Positions 10,101 through 25,100 of a stretch of 64,000 nucleotides of DNA are shown piece by piece. The DNA is from Antedon mediterranea (lineage: Eukaryota > Animalia > Echinodermata). Position 1 is the first letter of the stretch. Each line of letters starts with the position of its first letter. The DNA is taken from positions 28,148,001 through 28,212,000 of the forward strand of contig NC_092674.1 in the NCBI RefSeq assembly GCF_964355755.1, read 5' to 3'. The notes beneath the pieces were generated by a model. That model worked only from the letters and a program-made list of their open reading frames with translations. It was not told the origin of the DNA and did not search any database. A program made the translations under genes and the position numbers.

Positions 10101-13100
10101 ATCAAAAACAAGAATTTACAGAATATATTCTCAGCCTGTTTTTTTTTTCATGTTGAAATATGTCAATCCACTACAGGTGGGGAGACAGGCTTTCGTAGCC
10201 TGCTCTTTACACGTTATCACGGCACAACAACAAAGTGATAAAAGATAGGAGCCTCGAAAAACTATATCACTTAACAGCCAAAGCCAGAGAGGCAGACTTA
10301 TTTACACTGTGATATGCAGCGGCAAATATAAATACACTTGTAAAGCACTATCAAATTTTATGTGACAAAAAAATGTGATGTGCCTATACATGGACATGAT
10401 GATGTCATATCACACCATATTTGAACATATCACTACCATATTTGGGCACATCACACTTTTTTTGTTTTTTTAGTTTGATAGTGTAGACAGAGCTTAAATA
10501 AGTGTATTTCATCTCATGTTAAAAACACAAAGACAATTTTTGTGAGAGTAATGAGTTGTAGTTATTATTTAATTAGTAAGTAGACGTGAATTTTGTTATT
10601 TCATGGAAGTAGTCGTCGTCAGGTGAACTCTGTTCACTGTTCGTATTCACTGACCTAGATTTTCCTTCTGTATGTGATTTTTCAACAGTAAACAGGTTTT
10701 CCATGTGCTGTTCTCAATCCGATCTATTTTGCAATACGGTAAATGTTTTTTCTTTAAACCGTTTTATAAAGTTAAGCAAATGTCATACAAATCTATTATT
10801 GGGTTAGATTTGCAGTTTTTATTTTGTTATTTTATGCGTTGCTACATTGCGTCCCAAGTGGGAACTAAGTTTTAATGTTATACTTTATTTTCCAACTTGC
10901 ATAAGAGCTTTATCCTTGGAATCTATATCTATTCATTTTTAGTAGGTTTTTATGTATATACAGTACTTAATACTGTATAGGGATTAAAGTACAGGTCTGT
11001 AAATAAGTTATGGTTGCTTACAAATAATAGAATTGTACAGTTAATCTTACATAAACATTTAAGAAAAGCTTTAAAAACAAACTGAATGAATGAGTATGAC
11101 ATTGACAGCGCCTGCTGGACCATTACTAAACCAACTTGATATTGGTGCTTGAAGTTTGTGATATAAACACACGGCACGATTCACTTGTAGGTTTATCTCA
11201 TCTTTACCATTTCCTCATATTTCACATCAAATGGCTGGTTATTTTGAATTTCATTTGGTTTGAATTTAATTTTGGTTTTAAATGATATTTTTGATTTCTA
11301 ACAATTATTATGTCTTTCAAGTCTGTAAGTATTAATTGTTTTTTAAAAAGGAAGTTGGCAAATGCAAAGTTTATATATCACTGCATATAACCTCTGACCT
11401 AGTTTTTCTGGAGTACACATATGTACCACATCAATACATCCCTCTACAATTGGGTCAGGGGTTATGTACCGAAGCCTTTATTATATTTTAGGAGACTCCA
11501 ACCCCTATTTAGGGGACACCCACTAAGGGGTAAGGGGAGACTTTGTTGGGCCACGAAGGTGTCCCCTCAATAGTTGTGGTACTGTTCTTAGGAACTAATG
11601 TGTACGAAAATGAATGATGTTTTATTAGCTTTTATTATATAATAACTATTCTCTATTAAAAATAATTTCACAATTTACTCCAATTAAATTATTAATTATT
11701 AGTTCATGCACTGTTTAAACGATGATTCTTTTTTGACCTTCCTACAATTATGTAGGAAATGATTTTTTAATCAAAATAAATGTTAAAAAAGATGATTATT
11801 ATTGAGAGACGAAATAATGTTCATTCAGCCGTGACCTAGAGAAGACAGGAAGGCTGTATGAGTGCCCTTCTTCAAATCTTTCATTACTTTAATATAAGAA
11901 ATGTTTCCTCATCAAATAGCTTATCTTAACCTACTTTTTTAAACAACTTTTTTTTCTGAATTTTTCAGTACCGTATACAAGCATATACCAACAGCAATGT
12001 CAATTAAGCACAGCATCAAACCATCTTTGCTAAGCACAGCTGTAGGATATGCTCTCTGTTGAATAAGTCCCGTCCTAAACTTCACTAAAGTGTACTATGA
12101 ATGCTGTAGAAATTAAAATATTTTTTTTTGCAAAAACAAATACCGGTAATCTAATTTTTTTTTTTAATGCTCCAATTGCAGACTCCCAATATATTTGTAT
12201 CATAAGCATTAGACTGAACTTAAAAGCACTGTCTACACTATCAAACTAGTTTGACAAAAAAGTCAAAAATTTTGATGTGCCCAAATATGGTGATGATACT
12301 GTATGCCCAAACATGATAGTGATATGCCCAAATATGGTAGTGATGTGACATTGTCATGTCCATATATGGGCGCATCACATTTTTTTATTACGTATAGTTT
12401 CATAGTGTACGCAGAGCTTAAAATGTCATACCTGCAATGGTTTTCAAACATATAAAGTAGGCCCTACATGTGCTGACAGATGTTGGCTATTTTTTATCAA
12501 GCTTTCTGATTATTTTCTGTTTAATTAATTGTAACCAACATTTGATTTTTAATTTAATTAATCAGGTCACATGATTGGTTTCCTGCATTCAATGTGAAGG
12601 ATGTTTTTACTTTTCAACCAATAGGAAGCTTTAGTTCTTAATGTTTGGCCAATAGGAAATCTCCAAGGACTTTACACATCCTCTCTTATTCTTTTTTTAA
12701 TTATTTGTAGCTTTCTTAAATATTATCTATTTTTTTCTAAATATATAATATTTAAATTTCTTTTAAAAAAAAGTGGCCTGTTAACAATTTCATCACATTA
12801 GAAATAAACAATAAACTCTTCTTAGTTGTCCTTAAAGCTCTACACTATCAAACTAGTGATATACCCAAATATGGCAGTGATATACCCAAATATGGTAGTG
12901 ATTTACCCAAATATGGTAGTGATATGACATCATCATGTCCATATATGGCCACATCACATAGTGTAAACAGAGCTTTAAGAGTGTGATTTTAGAGTGAGCA
13001 TTATTTCTGACTTTATTTAAAAACGAAAACGGGTTTAAATTTCTTTAATGAATAGTTGAAGTAGAATGAGGCCAAGCATTTGTTGCTTACGTAGTTTGTG

Positions 13101-16100
13101 ATTTAACACTGAATGTCATTTGCATGACCTATTGAATGAAAAGTATGTATTAACCAACAACGTATCGAGGGATTACTTTGCGCATATGTCTTGATAGCCT
13201 AATTTACTAACATTTTACATCAAATCCATGATTTAAAACATTCAAATAACTGAAATGAAGCTTGACAAACACTGGTCTTGACATGTGAAAGTATTTAGGA
13301 GTACAGATTTTAAGAAACATGAATTTAATTTGATTGTATCTACAAATTGTCGTCAATTGCGAAGTAATGTTTGTTGAAAGAGCGCTACTAATAGAAGCAC
13401 TTAAATTTAATTTACTCCATGCTACAAGTTGCAATGATAGTTTCAATACATGAAAAAATGTTAGTGAGTTACCAAAAAATCAAAGATCTAATAGGCAATT
13501 AATGAAGAATGTTTGAAAAAAGTCTTTTTATTATTATTAAAGATGTTTTGTCACCGAAAATTATAAATTAATAGATTAATCAAATCAGACTTTGAATAGT
13601 CCATTTTGCGGCTTTAATAAATTTAATCACTTTTGTCGAAAAAAATTATAAAAAGACAAAATAAACGGTTAGACTTAACCAAAAACCAATTGGCTGTCAG
13701 CAAATGTTTTTTAAGGTAAATGTTTTGTTGTTTTTTTTTCAAATTTTTGGTAAAAGTGAATAATAATTAATATTACCATTAAAACTGCATATTCATAAAA
13801 AAAAAGTTAAAAATTATTTTTTTAATGGGGACAATGCATCTTTAATTATTGATTAGCAAGAACTCACCAATAACTCACTATATCAAGCATAAATCATCTT
13901 ATTTGAGACTTAGGGAGTTGAATAGAAAGTCACAACCCTGACACTAAGTTAGGATTGAACCCCGGATTTATGTTTACCACCAAGCTACAGCTCAAAGTGT
14001 ACATTGTTTTGACAGTTCTGATAAATATTTAGAAGGCAATCACAGAGCGGCATCAATAAACGCCCTTCCTTCTAGATCAAGATGTCTCTAAAATGACATT
14101 TACTACACAAAAAAGGAAATAGGTCTCTTTGGATAGGCACAAAATAATACAATTCCTAAACCGTTTTAATTACCACTTCCCATATTTCGACTTCCTTTAG
14201 AAGAGTCACATTCTTAAATTATTTTTGCGTTTTTATCAAAAGGATGTAACCTTGCCGCAAGGGGTAACAACCGAGGGTTTGGTAATTTGTAAATTTAAGA
14301 TTTTCAGTAATAAACAACTTTGTTTTTATGTTAATTGTTACTTGTTTATGTATCCCCTGCTCGCCAGAGTACTGATTATAATTTTTATAATTTCACAAAT
14401 GCTTCCCCTTAGATTGTGCTCTACAGTAGTTATTTTGTTTTTTATTGAAAAGTTGTTGACATTTTTTTATTAATATTTTTTGGTATTTCATACACATCGA
14501 ACAGAGAGTAACTCGCTAATTACAGGATGGTTAAACTATTTAATCATTTATCGTGCTTATAAACTAAAGTCATTTAAGGCTTAGGATTGGAATTGAAAGA
14601 GTCGTGTAACCCTGGCACTAGATTAGGGTTCAATCCTGACCTAGTCAGGATTGAACCCTGGACCTTGGGATTGGAAGGCAAGCACATTAACCACCAAGCT
14701 ACAGCTCCACTACATTAATACATTTAATTTATTTTTAGAAATGGTGATGATATAGATTATTATATATTGTTCTTAATTAAAATATATGTTTAATCTCTTA
14801 CAGGGAGATTGCTACCCGTAGCGCTCACGGTTTGGAATCAGATGTTTGGTCTTTGGGTTGTATGCTGTTTACGTTTCTGACCGGCAAGCCACCCTTTGAT
14901 GTAAGTTTTGATAATCTTTTTTTTTAAATCTCAATCAAAGTAGATCCAACTGCTTGTAATATTGCCAAATACAGCTAAACCTATTGATCTCTGAAGTCTC
15001 ATTATAAGGATTACGTGGTAACAACTGATTTGGCCGTGATTAAAATCCTGGTCGTAAGCCAGGTTTTCAACCCAAGGCCCTATGATTGCAAACATAACCA
15101 CCCAGCCAAAGTTGATATCAAATAGCAATACTTACAGACATTTATTATACAGATGATAATAATCGGACAATTTAATTTTTCAAAAAAGAAACATGACCTT
15201 TTAATATTTTCATTAATAATTTTGATTGCAGCGTAGCCTACTTAACAATATCCTCAATGCTAAGAATGTTCAAAATAGAAAACAGTATGGCATTATTTTA
15301 TTAATCACTTTTATTAATTTAATCAGTGTATTGTTCTGATTTTGCACTAAAAATCTGCATTTTGTCGCTGATAAAAAAACAGCCTTAAAGCTCTGTCTAA
15401 ACTATCAAATACTAGTTTGACAAAAAAGTATGATTTGTCCAAATATGGTAGTGTTATGCTTAAATATGGTAGTGATATGACATCATCATGTCCATATATG
15501 GGTACATCACATTAGTTTGTCACATAAAGTTTGATAGTGTAGACAGAGCTTAACTCCTTATACACAGTATCACGCAAGCCTTCTGTTTCTTTGGTTGGAT
15601 GGCGAACATGATTCATTACTGAATGAAATGACGCATAGTTTAACATCTGGTCTTAGCTTGTGTATAGGGATTATGTTTGAAGCAGTACCCAGGCTTTTAA
15701 TTTATTGTCATCTAGCTACCAAGGCACGCATTATGAATCATGTTGTAGGTGATTAATACCATTAAAAGGTATCCGTGTAGGCTTATAATTGTCAACTGGC
15801 AATCAATGCATGTATTAATTAAATTAATAGCAATTTAATTAAAGTAGAAACCTCATTACAGGGACACATTCAAGATCCAAATAAGTGTCCCCTTTTTAGA
15901 GGTTTCCCCTGAATAGAGGTTGGCTGAAGTGTTAGAACATATTTTGCCCTTCATTAGAGGTTGGCTGAAGTGTTAGAACATATTTTGCCCTTCATTCGTT
16001 TCATGGGAAAGTGTCCCCTTTATAGGGGTTTCCCCTGAATGGTGGTGTTCCAAAGAAGGGGTTGTACCGTAATACTCCACAATTGTGATAAGACTTGGTT

Positions 16101-19100
16101 TAAATACTGTAGCATCTTGTCTTTGTCCCTTTTCCAGATTGTCACCAACAGCAATCATTAAATTAAATGACAATCTTTGTCATCAAAATGGTGGATTCTA
16201 TCTGTTCAATTTTAAGCCATGTATGTTATGCGTGTTTGACCTTAATAAATGAATACTAGATCAAGGTATTATAAAATCTCAGTTTTAATCTTACTTAATG
16301 TACATTGAAGATGGTCTGTTTTAATAATAGCAATTTATTTTTGCCAGTTCTTTTTGTCAGTATGATTGTGGCTAGCACTACAGATCTTTTATATAATATC
16401 TTTATGTTTTTCTTAGACGGATGCAGTCAAGAGCACATTGAATAAAGTTGTATTGGGGGAATATGACATGCCGCGGTAAGTATTAGCTTTGTGTGACAAA
16501 AAAATGTGATGTGCCCATATATGGACAAGATGATGTCATATCACTACCATATTTGGGCACATCAATAGTTTGATGGTGTAGAGCTTTAAAATACTGTATT
16601 ATCACAGTGTGTATTGATATTTTTCCTGAAGTACTTTTTTGAGACTAGAGGCCAGCAGTGTGGTAAATAGGCCTAACTAGCCTAGCTCGTAATGATTTTT
16701 TACCATTTGTGCAATGAAGTTTGCCTACCCCCCCCCCCCCTGTCGTAATTCTGACGGAAGAATACATATTCAACTACATCCTTGTGTGAGTTAACTTTTT
16801 TATGTTGAGTAAATAACAACCATAGGATGAACAAACATTTTTTTACAAGGTAAAATTACTAATCATGGGTCATAGCGGTCAATTACATTTCCCCTACCAA
16901 TGACCGGTACAAATAAATCACTGTTACCGGTAGTAATTATGATGAATGACCGTTAAAGTGGATGTGGAGATTGGGAGTAAGCATTACAATGTAACTCATA
17001 CAAATTAATTGCAGGATATGACAATGAGCATATTTTGGTTTCAGTCATAATTGATTAATTGATATGGTCAGGAAAAAGAAATAATATTAAGGGGATGTAG
17101 TGCCAGGTCCCTGATGGTACAGGACACCAACGTTTTCCTATCATCCTTAATAGTGAAATAAAGCATGCACTTTTAATTAAATCACAGATGTCAATTTGGC
17201 ACTTCATAGCAATAATAAATGTCTTGGTTTACTTTAAAAATGATATTGAGATGGTATGTGTAGCGCCAGGGTCTTAGATAAATTAGATTAGAAAAATCTT
17301 AAGAGGTACAGTAGTAGAATGTTATTGATGTATTTGGGATGTTAAATAGCCTCAAATTTGAAATTATTATATAAAACTTCCAGTCCAATAAAGCATATAC
17401 TACAGTATGAGATACCTGCAGGACCCCAGTGTCTCTTTAATACAGTAGTGTGTTCAAATTAATTTATTATTAACTGTAGTGTTAAAAACCTATATTTTTT
17501 CTTGTTCGTTTAACACTAGAAAATGTCCTCTTTAATAGTGTGTCCCTTAAAATTATGATTGGCTTTGGTGTTCAACCCTATATTTCCCCTTGTTTGTTTA
17601 TCACAAAAAAATGTCCTCTTAATAGTGTGTCCCCTAAATTATCATTGACTGTGGTGTTAAAACCTATATTTCCCCTTGTTTAACACCAGAAAATGTCCCC
17701 TTAAAAGAGGTGTTCACTGAATAGGAGAGCCTCCCAAACAAAGTGGTTCTACTGATTAAGTAGGTACTTTGAAGAGTAAGATAATGTGAGATGTTTTAAC
17801 TTTTAAAACAGTATGATAATCTTTGATATATATGAGCGTGAGTGTGGCCGAGCAGTTAAGACAGTGGAACCGTAATCCATAGCCATAACATCAGCAAGGG
17901 TTCGAGGCTCACTCGCTCCATGGTTCTGGTGGTAGAACAAGTCTTCTCGGATAAGGACTATAAACTGTAGGTCCAGTATACATCTGGCTCATGTGCACTT
18001 TAAAGAACCTAGTACATCTTTCGAGACGAGTAGGGGGTTACCCCGGTGTACTAGTTCATACATACACACTGTCGTGGACAGACGTAATGGCGCCGTAGTT
18101 GGCTGCCGATGACACGATGTGACCCTTAGTGGAGAAGAATGTTGTTGAAAAGATGTAACATCTAAGTCCACAGCGCCTTTGATCACTAATTGTTGCTGGA
18201 ATTGGCGCTTTACAAATTCGTATATATTATTATTATTATTATTATTTCAGTTGTTCAAAAACAGGTTATTATATTAATGATCAAAAACTAAATGAAACAA
18301 ATAGTTAAGTTAAGCAAACTGACTTCATTAACAATGTTCAAAGTCAAAAGGAAATGGAGTTAGTTCGTCCGTCCAACAAACTTCAAATTCTCTTCCTGTT
18401 TGTGGTCATTTCATTTGTAATTGTCTGTTTAAAGTCAAATTAGTTTACAGACACACCCATTAATTGTCTAATTTATTGTTGTGTCGCTGAAAAGGTTTTT
18501 CTAAGTTTGTTCAACTTTTTGAGGAGAACAAATCTTTCTTACTTTTTTTTTGTTTTTGACAGTTATATTTTATAAATTTACATATAAAAATACAGAAAAT
18601 TAATTTTTTAAATAGGGAAGAGTAGAAAAACTTTGAGAATGAGTTTGATTCAGTATAGATTATAATGCATAGGTTTCAAGAATACATTAAACTGTACACT
18701 GTAACTTCTAAATTTCATTTGCTAATTTGTGATTATTGAAATATTTATTTTTTTAAATAAACAAAATGTTATGCTAAATTTTTTGGTATATTTGTTAAAA
18801 TCAACCAATTATTACCTTTAATTAAAGGTAATAATTTGAGCTTAGCATCAGATAGAATAATATAATAAATACTGTTTTTGGAGAAAATACTACAGGTTTT
18901 AAATCATACAGTACATATTCATTTTTTTGTTTAATTTAAACTACAGTTTATTGACCTCCTTCAATCTATTAGAGCAGGTCATCTTTATAGGATTTCCTAG
19001 GCCTGCCAGATTGTACACACAGCGTTTATAACGTGTCTGTTTTGTCGTGGCATTGATAATGTACCATTATCTATCTTGGGAATATCTTAAATTTAGCTAC

Positions 19101-22100
19101 GTTGGCACATATTGTATTGGATAAAGTTGGAACGCTTCCACAGTTATAATGTTACAAATCTTACTGGACATAATAAGCTTTATGTTTAGATTTCAGACAC
19201 AGCATATAGTGACGTACTCTTTTTTCCAATGATTAGACCAGGTGAAAGTTCACTCTTTCCTGAGACTAATCTTAATTGTTTAGAGAACATAAAATACTCA
19301 AATTGTACATGTTGTTGACAAAATAAACTATAGACCAACTGAAAAATGTTGAAATTGGTAATAATAAAATTAATCATAAATATTCTTTTTTTTTTCATAT
19401 ATTGAATAAACTTTATTATTTATATTTTACATAAATTAAATTAATATTTAAATTAATTTTTATATGCAAATGACCTTTGATGTAAAAAATATAATTGAAT
19501 CTTTTAATGACCAATGATAAGTCACCTCTTACACGTGTTATTGTACCAATCTGTAAACGTACTTTTCTAACTCACTTAATTAAAATAACACCGCTATTAT
19601 AATTCGTACTTGTACGTATTGCTTTACCTTCACAACCCACCGCTAACAACAATCCCCCTTTTTTCAAATTGTCTACTAACTTTTGTCTGCTTACGAATTA
19701 TTAATTACGTCTCATTGCCGAATTGAAGTTTCACTTAATTTAAACAACATCCTGCGATTGCACTGTTGAGCCGCGTAAGAAGCTAACGTGTCGAGGCTTG
19801 AGGTTAGTCAGTGATATAACGACGTCGACGTCATTGTGGCCAAGCACATTATACTCCAAGGTTGACGAGTCGTTAGTCAATGTTTCGTAGCTTTCCTGCG
19901 TTTGTAGGGGGTCGGAGTGAGTCGTCATTCATTAGTTGGCTTTGTCTACATTAAGTTCTTTATTGCCTATGTGTGCATATTTTAACTAAAAGTGGATATT
20001 TTGTACGGTGAGTTTTCCTACACTCCATGTGAAAGACGAGGTTTAGTCTAGTTTACTTTTGTGTACTTTTGTGTTACATAATTTATTTATTTTTAATATT
20101 TGTTTGTTCTTTTGTTTTTGTTTTTTTTTAATTTATTCATATTTTTTTGTACTATAATATTTTCCTAGTAAGATTTTATTTGCTAATATTATGTTGATGC
20201 ATGATTATTATGTAATGTCTGTAAGCTGCACTAGTTATCCATGTCGTTCAAATGTTTATAATATGACCTGAAGTACTGTTTTTTAGTGTTCTGGTTCAAT
20301 TTGGAGGGTTCGAACTTATGGACAGGGGGACTGAATATGGGTGTTATAGGGGTTTGTCTATAGACAAGGCTGCTGGCATGTTTACCAGAATATTTTTTTT
20401 AATGGACATTTTTTGGCAGACCTATAATTTCTCTTGGTTTTCAAATTTTTTTACATTGGTTTGCAAAAGACTACTTTTTATTTTGTGTAAACATACATGA
20501 ATAATTATTATTTTAAATACTGTTTGAAAAAAGTGATTATTCATGTAAGATTTGTCAACTATGTTTGTACTATATGCAAATTCATGAATGCATAGTTCCA
20601 ACTAAAAATATGTTAACAATTCTTGACCTATTTAATGAAATTAAATTAAGAAATTGAAAGTATTTTTTCATAAACCTGCAGCTTGTCTTTATAAATATAA
20701 TGTAATATGGAAACCCTTCTTTAAACTATTTCACCCTTTTGTAAGTTTAACCTACGGTTTCCTCGCATTGGTTTCAAATTTACAAACCAACTGTAAAAAT
20801 TCCATTAAAGAAGTTGTGGTTTTGGTCTTAATCTTCATGATTTTGTGTGGTGTTTTGTTTACCAGACAGTACACCTTTCTTCATTTTCCAACTGTACCAT
20901 TAATGCTAGGTATAGAGCAAACATATAACTTTGTATCAAATTGATATTTTCAAGATTTATCCTTGCTAAAGTGCACAAGATTTAGATTCTGCAAATATTA
21001 ATTTGGTATATACCGTATATCCTCTGGTATAATCACACCCACAAAATTTGGTCAACTTTGTGGGGTGGGACTATACCCGGTAATTGGTAAGCATTTTTTG
21101 TAAAAACTCATCTGAACTGGCTAGAGATCCAGATAAAAAGTCAATACTGGGACTATACTCGGGAATATGCCTGTTTGTGAAATCAGACATAAAGTAGGGG
21201 GTGGGATTAAACCGGAAGTAAGATTATACCCAAGGATATACGGTAAATAAAAATATACTTAAATTTGTTGGGGTCTTAAAAGAGCCCCTTTAATAGAAGT
21301 TCTACCCTTTTTTCCAATTTGCAACAATCTTTCAGAAAAAAAAAAATTGACCATATTTTATTGTAAATGCAAAAGTGTCAAAATTCTGATTTCCTCTCAA
21401 ATTCTTTTCTTTTAAAAATTTGAAAAGCCTGGGAAAAAAATGGTTGCATTTTCTCATAAGAATATTGGATTGACAGGCAGGTAGCTAGGAAAGAGATCAA
21501 GTGTTTGAAACTCCCTCAAGGTGGACCTCAAGTATGGACTTATTTAATTTATTCCCTAAACTTAAACTAAAAGGAAGGATGTAGAACAAAGCGGTAATGC
21601 GAGTCAGGAGTGCGTACATACAGCTACACATGCAACGGTTTAGAAAAATTATACCGAGATATTAGTTAATAATATTAGGTCTTTTATAGTGGCTATATCC
21701 GCCGTTTTATTTTTAAATACACCAGGATATTATACTGAACATTAAATTTACCTAAATTTAGTCAATTAGTGGATCAGCGATTTAGCTAAAGGTACAGCAT
21801 GTGCTATCTTAAAATTAGGCTGGAATTCATTGAATATGAAAGAGTATCAAACTGCTTTTTTTTCTCTAAAATTGTAACTTTTACTTGAGAGTGTGTGTGT
21901 CGAAGTGTTTGGATGTTGGATTATTGATCGAGGTTTCGAATCCAACTCTTGCCGCATTGCTTGTATCCTTTAGACAAGACAATTTACTTACATTTGCCTC
22001 TCTCCACCCAGGTGTATAAATAGGTACCCGGTTAAGATCAAGACCCAACTTTGCACTGATTACTAGCTGCGTATGGGAGTATGTTTCCATACATGTTTGA

Positions 22101-25100
22101 TCAACAACAAAAATGACCTGGGTAATCATGTCAAGCCCTTAGAAGCATTGTGCAATTAAAGTGATAAGAACAAATATTATTATTTTGTTTTATAGTTATT
22201 TATCATATGATGCTAAAGATTTAATTTCCAATCTGCTGAAGAAGAATCCCTATGATAGGATATCACTCTCAGGTATGGTATGATTTAATACAATTAAATA
22301 TTGTGACTAAGAACCATAGACAAAACAACTTTATTGAATCACAGACGACCTGAAATTCTTGCTGAGCTGTACATTTTTTTTCTTAGATTTAAAACAACAC
22401 AATGTTTTTGGTTTTTAGGTGTATAATGCAACTCCAAAATTTTACTTGAACAGACCTTTGCATTGGAATGATGTTTTGATAAAAGTTTTGATTAAAATTA
22501 TTAAAATATCTTCCACTCTTAACATACATATAAAGATTACCCCTAAACCCCTTTCTATTTTACCTGATAATACATGGTACTTAATTATTCTAATTATAAA
22601 TAATTTTCTGTTCCAAAATTGAAAGTAGGGAAGGGAGAATATGGTATTAGCATAATTCAGAGTAAGGCATAAATTAACTTTTAAAATCTGTTTTTACTTT
22701 TAAATAGGAATTTTAGACCATGCGTTTATGACCAGGGCTAAGTATAAAGATCACCATACATCTCACAAACAGGTACAGTATTAAAGATGTTTATTTATTT
22801 GTTTGTTTATGTTTAATGGGTCAGTTATTTTACTTGAAAGGGTAATAAAAATATGCATGTATGCTAATACAAGATTATATGGTTTTGGCTATTAATATTC
22901 TAACAATATTGTCAGAAGAAATGACATTTAAAAAGCATAACATTAAGTATAGCATAAAATGTAACTTTAAAAAGTTAAAACATTTTAACATGATGATGGA
23001 ACAAATTTGTAACATTGTTTCAGTGTGAAAATAACTTTTGTGAACTTAAAGTTTTCTATTTACAATTTAATTTCTAACATGTGAATGAAAATTTTGCGTA
23101 AATTACATTTGTGTTTTTCAACTGTATGTCAACTGTAGTGGATTTCAGACAGTGTCAAATGAGGGTTGCTTTATTGTCACTTGTAGAGATTATTTTTGTC
23201 GTTACGAGTGATTCTCACGGTGTCACATGTTAGTATTGACACCTGCCTGTCAATCAATCAATCAGTATTGTTTGATATAAGGGACCATCCTGTTGACCTC
23301 TTATTCAACTCAAGGGTCAATTTTGTCCTATATTGTGACCTGGACATGTGGTTAGATGCGTTTGAAATGTAGACTTTAATGATATAGCAATATTTTACCT
23401 ACTACAAAGCCATGATATAGGACCATCTTATAGGTTTACTTACTCAGACTTTTTCGAGCTATTTTTTAGATAGTCCGGGACTAACTTTCTTTAACCTACC
23501 CTCTGGGTACCCACTATCTTTTGCCGATTTTAGTACAGGTTTAATACAGGACTATTAAATAGATTGTATTGTTAGGCGCTCATATAAAAACCTGTATAGA
23601 ATAGATTAGAATAGTCCCCTTTCATGAATACCATTTTGAGATAGTCCAAGACTAAATCCAGAGATAGTCCCCTTTCATGAATACGGGCCTAAGTTATTGC
23701 CATCCAGTATTAAAAACAAGTTCGTTTTTATGACAAATTAGGAGCATTTGAATTGAAATAGTGTAAAAGTTAGTAGTTTTAGTCTGTCTTTTTCCATATG
23801 TCCTCATTGAGAGTTTATAATGAGACATTGCCTCTACATGCTGCGTTGCGTGAAATGGGTCAACTAGCGCAAACATTTACAGGTATTACAGTGAATACAA
23901 CACACTGCATCTTTAGTGATCAAAACTAAATAATAAAAGGTTACTTTTGACAGAATAAAAACCAGTCTTCCTTTTTTGATTTTAAAATAACTATCTGTCC
24001 CAAAGAATCAACCATTTCCCTAAACACACATGTGCAATGCATACATCTCTCCTGCACATGTGTTTAAACACTGTATGTTGATAATGCACAGACATACATA
24101 CTGTACATGTTATGATTTCCAATTATTGTTCCGTCTCTTGCCTTTTACATAACCTCCCTGTTCGTTGGCTCTAAGGAAAACAATGTTAATGAGTTATAAT
24201 TCAATGCACCTTCTCAAGTTTGTCGCAAATTATGAAATCTTGAAAACAAGTTTACATTGTACAACATCTGAAGCTTAAAACGTACCTTTGATCTAGTTTG
24301 GAAAAGGTAAATAAAATAAATTTAAACTTTAAATATATTGTATAATATTCATATCTTAAACTGTACAATAGTTGCCAGTGTGTGGAAAAAGGTTAAACAA
24401 AATTAAAAATTTTGATATAATTGTATAACATTCACATCTCAAACTGTAGTTTCGCTCGAGTTTCCAGATTGTGTGTGAAAAAAGGTAAACAAATTTAAAT
24501 TATATTTTATAACATTCACATCTTAAAATGTACTTTCACTCGAGTTTGTGTTGGTAAAAAATGTGAAAATCTATAAGAAGGAAAAGTTGCTTCATACTGG
24601 ATATTGGTTTGTTATCAGGTTTTCCATATTTATTAGCAGTAGTTTTTAACTTTCTTCTTTAATACCCGTTTCACACACAGACGATACCAAACGTCGGTGT
24701 TGGCAACTTGGTGTAAACTCAAAAGTTTTGTTAGGAAATGTGAAAAGGGGTTTATATTTGCTTCAGCTCTGTGTACACTATCAAACTAGTTTGACAAAAA
24801 AGTGTGATGTGCACAAATACGGTAGTGATAATATGCCCAAATATAGTAGTGATATGTCATCATCATGTCCATATATTTTTTTGTCACATAAAGTTTGATA
24901 GTGTAGACAGAGCTTTATCCTATCCTCGGTATTGCAAATTGACCTTGCCCTTACAACAGGCCTATCGTAGTATGATCATCATCTATTACCAACAACTGAA
25001 AGCCGCTAACAAGATAATGAGCATTTTCACACATTCATGTTCCGTTGTCATTTTAGATATGATATACAGTTGTATTAAGTCCTTGATTGGCGGAATTTGC

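Noticed and set aside
19740-19928. 62-aa minus-strand ORF as a nested gene
   Set aside because: No recognisable motif or splice structure. The locally higher GC content explains the lack of stops.
20030-20052. miR-71-like TGAAAGAC start (also a miR-34-like TGGCAGTG at about 26555)
   Set aside because: Only the seed matches; there is no matching 3' half and no convincing precursor hairpin.
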